This document shows, piece after piece, positions 26,683 to 35,332 of a DNA stretch of 52,421 nucleotides. The notes below the pieces were generated by a model. It did no database searches. It saw only the letters and a list, made by a program, of their open reading frames with translations, and was not told the origin of the DNA. The position numbers were made by a program, and so were the translations under genes. Within the stretch, counting starts at the first letter, position 1. Every line of letters starts with the position of its first letter. The stretch is from a virus (lineage: Duplodnaviria; Caudoviricetes): positions 1-52,421 of the IMG/VR virus record IMGVR_UViG_3300025891_000058, one strand, 5' to 3'.

Positions 26683-29046
26683 CTAAGCCAAACTTTTAAC
26701 TTTTGCAAAATATGCGTCTGCCGCCTGATCATATCCCGATTTTTCAGGGTGTACGCTATCCCAATGCGTTAACTGTGTTTCGGCACTTCTCGCAGAAATA
26801 GGAAGTAATTTATAAGGCATACCATAAACTCTGTCGATCCATTGCCCTGCATTACATGCGTAAACATTCGGATATAATGCATTACCATTAAACTCACTTT
26901 CGATTAATTTCCACAGATCAATCATATTCTTTCTGAACGTCACAAAACTTGTATTTCCGAAAAAGTGAACGCTCCATCCTGTTGCATCACATCCGCTTGC
27001 AGGATAACCAATGATTATTTTTGCAGTCGGATAATCAACTATAAACTGATCAATGAAGGTTTTAATTCCAGTAATCACAACGCTGGCAGCAGTTCCATTT
27101 TTAAGGTTGTTAATCCCTATCTGATAGATCATGTAATCGACACGATCAACAGCCCCTGCCTGTCCAATGATATTTGTCTGAACATATGATTTAAAATTGT
27201 TTTTTGTTCCATCCCAAAATGGGGAATGAGAATCTAAAAACCAAGTTGTGTCATATCCCGTCATCCCTGCGTGATAATAAGGAGGGTAGTTTTTTTTGTG
27301 TCCTAACATTAAAGGTGTAAATCCAGTATTTGCAGTGCATAAATCTGTGAATTCCTTTACTATTTCCGGACCTTCGTGTTCATAATAGGGTACTCCAGGA
27401 CTAATCATCGTAGCGTCGTCGATTGTTGAGTCACCAACGAAAAGAAATTGAAGTGTTCCTGTTCCTGCCGTCACACTAACCACATTAACAGTAATTATTT
27501 TTGATTCGGTAATTACATTTCCTTTGTCGTAAACATTCAATGTGACACTTTTTGCTCCGGTCGTTGCAAAATTCATTCTGATAGCACGGTTCATTGGCCT
27601 CACTTCACTTCCCGCGATTACCGCTTCAACTCTGTATCCTGAGTGTTCATAATCCAAAATAATATTATCCAACCAGAGATTAAATTCCTTCCCTGTACTT
27701 GCTTTAATCACATTAGGAACAGAAGATAAAAAGGTAGTTGCGATACCTTGCGTTGCGGTTGATATTGGCGCGTTCGGATAAGATACGGAACAGTTTATGA
27801 ATGTAGTAATAGCAACTCCCCTATAATCTGCCCACCCATTGACTGCGATACCTTTGTTTTTAAGATCAAAAACAAGGTCTGATTCGTAAATCGAATTATT
27901 AAGAGGATCGGATGCTAAATAAGTTACATCTGATTGTGTTAGTGATTTATTCCATTTGCGAAACATCTTAACATCAAGAGCTGTGTGTAATGCATTTCCG
28001 GTATAAGAGCCTACAAGTATTTTATCAGAGGCGGTAAGCGACATATAATTTGCCGTCCCGTTTAACGCAATTTTTTGCACTCCAACATACAGATCGTAAG
28101 ATGCTAAATTCCTGACTATTGTAATTAATACTTCTTTACCTGCAAAGGCGGTAATTAAGTGAGCGTACATAGCGCCAACGTTCTCTTTTGTTACCGTCAA
28201 CTTGCCATTATATAGGCTCATATATAGCGAATTTACTCCGCATGAGAACAGCGATTGATTTGCAGTTACATTAGTTGGCAGCTTAACAAGCATCTGAAAT
28301 GTTTCGTTCGCATCCCCTGATTTAACAGCATTTAAGCAATTAACCGTTAAAATAGACGTTGTGGTATTTGTTGATACTACGCTTTCGTTATCCGCCTTAA
28401 GGTAAATATCGCCAGCAATTACTTTTTTAACGTTATTTAAAGTGGCTCCCGAATCTGCATTTACATTTACAACAACATTTCCCATTGCATCATAAACCCT
28501 GAAATAATATAAATCAATGGCTGAAAATAATCCAGAACCAGTATAGCTCCCAATAAATAGCGTTGTATCTGCTAACGCGACAGGACTCGTTATCGGATTT
28601 GAATATTTCCATACATCATCAATATACGCCTCTACTGCGGTTGCGAGTTTTTTTATTGTGAGCTTTATTTTCTGTCCGGCATATGATGAAACATTAAAAC
28701 TCCCGATAGTTGCACCTATGTTCGAATAGTAAATAAACAGTGATCCAGTATTTATTGTCACCATTATTTTATTCCCATACGAAAATAACACTTGATTTGG
28801 TGCTGTGTCAGTAGGCATTTTAAAGACCATTTCATAACTACCTAAATCGCTTCCGTTAATAGGCATTGCATTTGGGAATGAAACAAATGAATCTGATCCA
28901 TTCAGCTTTAATACTGGATCTATTATTCTTAATGTTTCATTATATAATCCCAATGAGTTTTCGTTAAATGCCTGTTCAACCTCTAACCCCGTAGACCCTA
29001 CTATTCCTAAACTTGGGTCATCAGCTGCTATTTTTAAAATGTTCAT
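26683..29046 (-). CDS. Tail fibre / receptor-binding protein with two LamG-like domains and a C-terminal SGNH/GDSL esterase
   Basis: Repeated LFIGSYTG/ILVGSYTG units; FVGDST, QIGINN, DSVHP..SGY catalytic blocks; -7 box at 29072-29079. Confidence 0.8.
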   Translation of the reverse strand: MNILKIAADDPSLGIVGSTGLEVEQAFNENSLGLYNETLRIIDPVLKLNGSDSFVSFPNAMPINGSDLGSYEMVFKMPTDTAPNQVLFSYGNKIMVTINTGSLFIYYSNIGATIGSFNVSSYAGQKIKLTIKKLATAVEAYIDDVWKYSNPITSPVALADTTLFIGSYTGSGLFSAIDLYYFRVYDAMGNVVVNVNADSGATLNNVKKVIAGDIYLKADNESVVSTNTTTSILTVNCLNAVKSGDANETFQMLVKLPTNVTANQSLFSCGVNSLYMSLYNGKLTVTKENVGAMYAHLITAFAGKEVLITIVRNLASYDLYVGVQKIALNGTANYMSLTASDKILVGSYTGNALHTALDVKMFRKWNKSLTQSDVTYLASDPLNNSIYESDLVFDLKNKGIAVNGWADYRGVAITTFINCSVSYPNAPISTATQGIATTFLSSVPNVIKASTGKEFNLWLDNIILDYEHSGYRVEAVIAGSEVRPMNRAIRMNFATTGAKSVTLNVYDKGNVITESKIITVNVVSVTAGTGTLQFLFVGDSTIDDATMISPGVPYYEHEGPEIVKEFTDLCTANTGFTPLMLGHKKNYPPYYHAGMTGYDTTWFLDSHSPFWDGTKNNFKSYVQTNIIGQAGAVDRVDYMIYQIGINNLKNGTAASVVITGIKTFIDQFIVDYPTAKIIIGYPASGCDATGWSVHFFGNTSFVTFRKNMIDLWKLIESEFNGNALYPNVYACNAGQWIDRVYGMPYKLLPISARSAETQLTHWDSVHPEKSGYDQAADAYFAKVKSLA

Positions 29047-29098
29047 ATTTAATTATATTTAGATAATCGATCAAAGTTATTCATTAATTCCATATTAT

Positions 29099-31777
29099 TT
29101 AAACTATTTTTAGTGCTGCATTCGCACCGGATCCGTCACGGTATATCGTTCCAGAACCCAATCCAGTAGGAGATGTAGGCATTGAGGACATCACACGCAA
29201 TATCGAATCAATATAAATCGTATTGAGTTGTCCGTTAAACCCCATCATTGATTCGCCTTTGCCGTTGAAAATCATAAGCGTTCTGAATCTGGTAGTACCG
29301 CCTTGATATCCAATTCGATTAATGCATACATATCCACCGTCGTCCGTATCTTCAGTTGTTTCCCATATATCGTTACCGTCAATCGATATTCCTCCCCTAA
29401 AAACAGTGTTATAATGAGATATTACAGGATGGGTAAATGATACTCCGGCAGTTGCAGCCGTGAACAATAAATTAACCCCTGAGGATGTTAGTATTATATT
29501 ATCAGCTGCAAAAATACCCGCAAATAATGCAACGTAATCTATGGCCGTTTGTGTAAGCCCAAGATAATTGTATGTAATAAATTCAATCGTTGGATTTACC
29601 CATATTTCGGCCTCTCCTGAATTTCCCGTTAACTCTATTTGATCAACTTGTGCAACTGCAACTGTTTTTGGATTTACTAAACTTGTAGTTCCAAAACTAC
29701 TGCCAATTAATGTGCTACCTGAAAAATCAACTGCCGGGTCATTTGCAGTAAAAGTAAATTCAGTAGATGATATTTTTGTAAGCGTCACCGCTCCATATCC
29801 TGCCGAATTTGCAGTTATAAAATCAGTTATTGTAATATCTGTGCTTGTATTCCAAAATATACCGTGCGTATATCCGTTGCACTCAACCATCGAACTTCCA
29901 GTTGTTATAAAGATTGTCACTTTGTCAACTCGTGCGGATGCTACGACATTCGCCTGAACATTAGTAACTATTCCGTTTAAATTACCTGGACCAGATGAAA
30001 CGCCGTCAAGTTTATCAACTCTTAGGTTTTGAATAGTCGCGTATTCTGCAAGTAACACCTCTGTTGCTATACTATTATACTGAGCGTCGAAGGGTTTCCA
30101 ATATCGTGCATTTGTAGGCAAAATACCAGTAAATGACTCCGAAGGTGCATCTATTCTGGAAATATAATAAAGGACTCCTAAGTCCGGACTATCTGCAGGA
30201 ATATCATACTTTACTATGTCAATTCTTGAAAGATTACCAAAGTATTGTTTTGCTGGGTCATAAATACCCTGGTACATTGGAACCGTTTTGATCTTCTTTT
30301 GTTGGTTAGCCTTCATTGCTGCTAACCATGCCAATTCTTCGGATGACTTATCTACATTAACAATTTCATGCTGATTGCTTATTATCGCCTTATTTAGCTG
30401 CTCTGCATAAGTATAAGGTATTTTGTCAGATATTAATAGCTTTATCCTATTTGGATCAACTAATGGCCATTCAATGCCAGATATACGTATCAATGAATTA
30501 ATTCCAAGTCCTGCATCGATAACCGTTACCCGGTCGCCGCAATTAACCGTAATAGAGTTATCCTTTATATATTTCGGGTCAATATCAGCAGTGTAAACAA
30601 CCTGAGGTACTGAGTTTTCATCTAATGCCTCTTGGGTTTTATTTTGTAATATCAACTCGTTATCATCAATATATGTCTGAGGCTGGCTAATTCCTGTCAG
30701 TGTATAGCTATCGCCGATCATTGGAATTATAGGAAAACCACCGTTATATTTTGGCAGTGTGGCACCATTTTCACGAGTTACCGGATTAAAGTAAATCCTA
30801 TGGTTTGCATTATCGTACTTCCAAATTTCAAACCCCGGTTCTATCCCGCCTAAATCACCGTCTTTAAACACTATTAGGTGTGTTTGACCATCTATAATAT
30901 AGTCATTAATATCGAAATTAAGAGTCGTATCTTCAACCCAGCTTGTTTGATTTTTAAATGTTTCATCTGTATTGAATTCGATATTTACGTCTGTCAAATA
31001 TCCTGTACGCTGTGGGAAAATAGTCTCATCTGTAAAATCACCTTCGATAACTCCGTAAATAGAAACGTTCTTTTCAAGATACAATCCATCAAAAACAAGC
31101 TGCTTTGTTCCACCCCTGTATGATTCCTGAATATTGGTAGTACCGCCAAATCCGTACATACGGGTAATTATATTCTTATCTTGTACCTGTTCACGCCTTA
31201 ATTTATAAAGTCCGTTATTTTGCCCGTATTCGAACGTAATGGCAGTATTAACTCCTATTGACTTTTTAAGATTTAAAACTTTCGCAGTAAAATCATATTC
31301 AAGACCGAATACCTGCGCTACCTGGGATAATGCACCAATACAGTAAGCACTTGAAAAATTGATAGTTTTATAAACTGTTACATCAATATCTCCTAATGTC
31401 CAACCCGGATCAATCTCATTAATATTTGCAATTATGGAGGTAGCGAATGAAAGAGCGTTACCATTCAATGGGAAATTAACCAACCCATCAGAACTCCTAA
31501 ACTTTTTCTTTCCCCAGCTTATTTCTGCTGATTCAAATGTGATATTATAACTGATTGTCTTATCGTTAATCCGCTCGTAGGTTGGCATTCTATTGATATA
31601 GAAATTTAAACTATTAATAGTAATGTAGTCGCCAATTTGCACCCCAATATCATTTTCAGCAAAAAACTCAGTAGTTATTGAATTGCCAGACATTAATTTT
31701 TTGGAATACGTAGTCTTCTCGTCTATCGGGACTGTTGCAACTATTACTGAGGCTCTATATATCGTTAACTCTGTCAT
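29099..31777 (-). CDS. Tail spike / baseplate hub (Tal-like) protein
   Basis: Prophage tail-protein pattern FEYGQNNGL...IITRMYGFGGTTNI...IFPQRTG; position after Dit. Confidence 0.8.
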   Translation of the reverse strand: MTELTIYRASVIVATVPIDEKTTYSKKLMSGNSITTEFFAENDIGVQIGDYITINSLNFYINRMPTYERINDKTISYNITFESAEISWGKKKFRSSDGLVNFPLNGNALSFATSIIANINEIDPGWTLGDIDVTVYKTINFSSAYCIGALSQVAQVFGLEYDFTAKVLNLKKSIGVNTAITFEYGQNNGLYKLRREQVQDKNIITRMYGFGGTTNIQESYRGGTKQLVFDGLYLEKNVSIYGVIEGDFTDETIFPQRTGYLTDVNIEFNTDETFKNQTSWVEDTTLNFDINDYIIDGQTHLIVFKDGDLGGIEPGFEIWKYDNANHRIYFNPVTRENGATLPKYNGGFPIIPMIGDSYTLTGISQPQTYIDDNELILQNKTQEALDENSVPQVVYTADIDPKYIKDNSITVNCGDRVTVIDAGLGINSLIRISGIEWPLVDPNRIKLLISDKIPYTYAEQLNKAIISNQHEIVNVDKSSEELAWLAAMKANQQKKIKTVPMYQGIYDPAKQYFGNLSRIDIVKYDIPADSPDLGVLYYISRIDAPSESFTGILPTNARYWKPFDAQYNSIATEVLLAEYATIQNLRVDKLDGVSSGPGNLNGIVTNVQANVVASARVDKVTIFITTGSSMVECNGYTHGIFWNTSTDITITDFITANSAGYGAVTLTKISSTEFTFTANDPAVDFSGSTLIGSSFGTTSLVNPKTVAVAQVDQIELTGNSGEAEIWVNPTIEFITYNYLGLTQTAIDYVALFAGIFAADNIILTSSGVNLLFTAATAGVSFTHPVISHYNTVFRGGISIDGNDIWETTEDTDDGGYVCINRIGYQGGTTRFRTLMIFNGKGESMMGFNGQLNTIYIDSILRVMSSMPTSPTGLGSGTIYRDGSGANAALKIV

Positions 31778-32298
31778 TATACTATTATTAAGTCAATATT
31801 AAACTTTGCAGCAATACCATTATTGTAAACTACAATATCTCCTACCTTAAACCCTTCAGTAGCAAAGCAACTAATCAAATCGTGATCTTTTAGTTTTATG
31901 GCTCGTAGTCCTTCGGTTGCAAAAAGCAGGGTTAAATTCGCAATTTTTACATTCATATCAGTTAGTGACGCCCCAATAATAAACCCATCTAATGAAAGAG
32001 TTTTATTTTTCCTTCCTGTTATCTGATATCCTTCACTGCCATATTTAGTAAAAAACTGATCCTTTAGTTCTGGCAGGTTATCAATAGCTTTTGATTCTGA
32101 AATATAAAGTCCAAAATTCAACATATCATTACCATCAATAAGGTATTCACTTATTCCTATTCCTGATAGTTCATTTCTGCTTATTGATATGTTTACAGGC
32201 AGATTAACGACAGCCTTATTGTGCAGCACAACCTTAAACTTTACCGCCCATTCAGGAACAGTAAATGTTTTAGGATATGTATTGTAAATTTCAGACAT
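31777..32298 (-). CDS. Distal tail (Dit)-like protein, C-terminal half
   Basis: EYLIDGNDMLNFGLYI parallels YLLNNIDLTTYGIL of 34543-35331; immediately precedes tail spike. Confidence 0.65.
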   Translation of the reverse strand: MSEIYNTYPKTFTVPEWAVKFKVVLHNKAVVNLPVNISISRNELSGIGISEYLIDGNDMLNFGLYISESKAIDNLPELKDQFFTKYGSEGYQITGRKNKTLSLDGFIIGASLTDMNVKIANLTLLFATEGLRAIKLKDHDLISCFATEGFKVGDIVVYNNGIAAKFNIDLIIV

Positions 32299-32312
32299 TT
32301 TAATTAAAGTGT

Positions 32313-33734
32313 TTATTTTGTTATTGCCTTATTATTTCTTGTTAAAGGTACATTATTTCTGTTTACTATCGTACCATGACCGGAATAAACTACAGTACAT
32401 GTTCCATTTGCATTGGCATACGCTTGTTTATTTGCTGACACGTCTGCAATTGCCAGATTATCTGCTGCAATTTGACTCGCAGTAGAATTGTATGTATTCG
32501 CGCTAACATTGTAAGCCACTGTCGATCCATAATAACCGACCTGGCAATCATTCCTGGTTGCTGTTCCTGACTGAATAGTATTGTAATAAGTTGTTGTACC
32601 GCTTTGATATTCATAAGCTCCTAAATCAATCGTACCAGTCCTGGCATTACCTAAATAATCGGTTGTTAATCCAGTATTGTAACCTACATTAATAGCAGGC
32701 GAAGTGGATTGTAATGCGTAATTATGATTCGCTTCATCAACGAATAGTGGGTTTGTATTGTCGTAATTGTTCGTTATTGTAAGTCCTGTCGCATTTGTCC
32801 ATACCGCATTACCACCATAACAAAGGTTTTTAGTAATTAAAATGTTTGTGTAAGTGTAGCTGACCTGTGAAACCGCTATTGCAGAACTATATTGATCTTT
32901 AAAGACATTATTGGCGATTACTGCATTGACCATTGTGCCGTAAAGGACTAAATGACCTTGTACGGTTTGGTTATAGTTCCCATTTTCGCACGTGTTATTT
33001 ATGAAGTAAAAGTTGCTTGTAGTGTAACCGCCTCCAGAATAAACCTGACAGCTAAACCCTCTTTGCATATTATAGAAAACATTATTCTGAATGTAAACGT
33101 AGTTTCCACCCTCGCAGTATATGCCGTGGTCGTGCCCCATCCAATAAACAGACGATGGTGTACATCCGCCTTCACTTGGTCCAAGCCGACCGATATCGTG
33201 GAATAAGTTTCTTTCAATGGTCAAATAGCTCGATTGATTAATATAAATAGCATCTAATCCATATGTAGTTTCGGTGCAAACTTTCCCATTTCGATCAAAT
33301 TCGCAATCTATGACATTTATATGATTTGCACCGTTTGTTATCGGAACACACATTAATTTAGTCTCAAAGAATTTAAAACCTTCAATATTAATATAGCTAA
33401 CCCCATAACAGAAAATTCCGTAATCGGTCGTTAGGTTTCCATCTATAATTGCAAGTCCTTTATTCTTTGCCTTGTATGTAATCGGACTACCTGAAGTTCC
33501 ACTATTAGCAGCGGTTAAGTAGGCAAACTGTCCAGACGTAGTTGTATAGGTACCATTTAACACAATCACTGAATCGCCTGGAACTGCAATAGATTGACCA
33601 CCTGCAATAGTTAATTTCGCCAAAAGCTCCGTAAGTCCTGAATTGCCGTTATTCCCAGTTGTCGAAACATAGATATTTTTTGAATATAGCAACGAACTTG
33701 CAAATAAAAATAAGATTAGAAGTAATTTTTTCAT
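32313..33734 (-). CDS. Signal-peptide-bearing right-handed beta-helix (polysaccharide lyase-like) protein with C-terminal DUF5977-like domain
   Basis: MKKLLLILFLFASSLLYS; IYVSTTGNNGNSG; NNVF/NNT repeats; NYALQSTSPAINVG...DLGAYE; TRNDC...QAYANANGTC. Confidence 0.8.
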   Translation of the reverse strand: MKKLLLILFLFASSLLYSKNIYVSTTGNNGNSGLTELLAKLTIAGGQSIAVPGDSVIVLNGTYTTTSGQFAYLTAANSGTSGSPITYKAKNKGLAIIDGNLTTDYGIFCYGVSYINIEGFKFFETKLMCVPITNGANHINVIDCEFDRNGKVCTETTYGLDAIYINQSSYLTIERNLFHDIGRLGPSEGGCTPSSVYWMGHDHGIYCEGGNYVYIQNNVFYNMQRGFSCQVYSGGGYTTSNFYFINNTCENGNYNQTVQGHLVLYGTMVNAVIANNVFKDQYSSAIAVSQVSYTYTNILITKNLCYGGNAVWTNATGLTITNNYDNTNPLFVDEANHNYALQSTSPAINVGYNTGLTTDYLGNARTGTIDLGAYEYQSGTTTYYNTIQSGTATRNDCQVGYYGSTVAYNVSANTYNSTASQIAADNLAIADVSANKQAYANANGTCTVVYSGHGTIVNRNNVPLTRNNKAITK

Positions 33735-33737
33735 AAA

Positions 33738-34532
33738 TTAAGGAATTAAAGTTACCCTTAAATAACTCAATGAATATACTGTGACTGTTCCGGATGTTGT
33801 CTTTAAGAATTGAACTGTTAAAGGTTGAGACGTGGTCCCAGTATAGATTATTCCCTTAATATAGATTGATCCGTATTGTCCTGATGTAGTAAGCCACCCC
33901 GAATAAGCCGTATTAAAAGTGTCTATTGTGACTGATTTAGTTGACGCGTTAGTTAGGCTTCCAAACATCGCACCGCTCATTATTGCGCCTACCCCGCTAT
34001 TATAACTCATTCCTATTCCTATTCCCGTAACATCTGCCGAAACTCCTATGCTCAAAACGACTTCAAATTCATAATTTACACCCGAATTTAACGTTTTTGA
34101 CAACCCGGTTATGTTGACTAATATTTGGCCTGTTGTATTTGCTGAACTTGTCATTATTGAATATAACGAAGATCCGCTCGCCCCGAATGCGATTGTTCCA
34201 TTTGCCTGTACTACTGGCACCTGCCCCGTAGTTCCACCAGATAAAGCTATAACTGCACTATCTCCCCTAAACACTGCTATTTTACCTGCTGTTCCTGAAA
34301 TATAATTAGTTAATGGCAGCACGGTAGTTTTACTTAAAAACTTCGATTGTGCTTGGGCACTATTGAACAGTTCGACTGGAGTAGTAAATTGTGGCGGTGT
34401 ACTCCCTGCTGCCTTAATTAGTATCTCATCTGTGGCTCCTACAGTATTTCGTTTAGTCATTCCAGAACTAAACTTTTGAGCCTGTAATGAAGCAGTAAAA
34501 AACAATAGTGCGATAAAAAGAATTGCTTTCAT
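33738..34532 (-). CDS. Signal-peptide-bearing fibre-like protein
   Basis: MKAILFIALLFFTASLQA-Q; GGTTGQVPVVQANG fibre-like linker; S/T/G-rich C-terminal beta domain. Confidence 0.75.
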   Translation of the reverse strand: MKAILFIALLFFTASLQAQKFSSGMTKRNTVGATDEILIKAAGSTPPQFTTPVELFNSAQAQSKFLSKTTVLPLTNYISGTAGKIAVFRGDSAVIALSGGTTGQVPVVQANGTIAFGASGSSLYSIMTSSANTTGQILVNITGLSKTLNSGVNYEFEVVLSIGVSADVTGIGIGMSYNSGVGAIMSGAMFGSLTNASTKSVTIDTFNTAYSGWLTTSGQYGSIYIKGIIYTGTTSQPLTVQFLKTTSGTVTVYSLSYLRVTLIP

Positions 34533-34542
34533 AATTGAATTA

Positions 34543-35331
34543 TTAAAATGTGATTAATTGACCTGAATCTGATGTTATCGGCGTACCTGAATCTGATGTT
34601 AATGTACCTAAATAACCAAACGACGTTAATATTTCTGTTGCTTTTAATTGCCCTTCGCCATTTAGATATCCTGTCATAAATGCCGGATCAAATCCGTCTG
34701 AATGTTCCATACCTGAAATAAATGTACCGTAAGTATCGTAAAAGTAAACAGAATACGCCGTACTATCTAATGAGTTTAACGTTAATTTATCAATATTTGT
34801 AAAATCAGTGAACGTCTTTGATCTTATATCTGTCGCTCTTACTTTTACTAATCCTGTCCAGTTGTCAATGGCTCCTACTTCCATTGACGTGGCAGTAACT
34901 ACCGAAATATCACCTAATGTCAATGGTGACGGTAATGTGTAAACAGTTTCCCGGAATAATAATGTAAAAGTACATCCGCTGTTTGTCATCTCAGGTGTTA
35001 TTGATTTCACGTAACCTGAAAAGCTACCATATGGAGTTGAGAATACAACTAAATCAGAAAACAGATTAACTGCTGCATAAAAAATATTCAACTTGATTAC
35101 AACCTGATCCGGAGTTCCTAAAATAATACCAGCAAATGAAAGGTCGCGCCCCTCAAAGAATATCTCGTCTGCATCGACATATGGCTGTATTGATTCAGCC
35201 CACTCATGGAAACATACGCCTGATCGCTTTGGAAGGTTGAACACTCCAGACATTGAAATATTACTTCCAGATATTTGCCCTGGAAGTATTCCGTATGTAG
35301 TCAAATCGATATTATTTAATAAATAGCTCAT
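34543..35331 (-). CDS. Distal tail (Dit)-like protein, N-terminal half with apparently foreign C terminus
   Basis: Directly after tape measure; YLLNNIDLTTYG...LPKR...EGRDL...LLFRE. Confidence 0.7.
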   Translation of the reverse strand: MSYLLNNIDLTTYGILPGQISGSNISMSGVFNLPKRSGVCFHEWAESIQPYVDADEIFFEGRDLSFAGIILGTPDQVVIKLNIFYAAVNLFSDLVVFSTPYGSFSGYVKSITPEMTNSGCTFTLLFRETVYTLPSPLTLGDISVVTATSMEVGAIDNWTGLVKVRATDIRSKTFTDFTNIDKLTLNSLDSTAYSVYFYDTYGTFISGMEHSDGFDPAFMTGYLNGEGQLKATEILTSFGYLGTLTSDSGTPITSDSGQLITF

Positions 35332-35332
35332 A

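Noticed and set aside
34561-34601. 17-bp tandem repeat ACCTGAATCTGATGTTA
   Set aside because: Explained by the protein repeat TSDSG-x3-TSDSG at a structural-protein C terminus
25648-35331. Diversity-generating retroelement or invertible tail-fibre shufflon
   Set aside because: No reverse transcriptase or invertase, no TR/VR pair and no inverted gene copies seen
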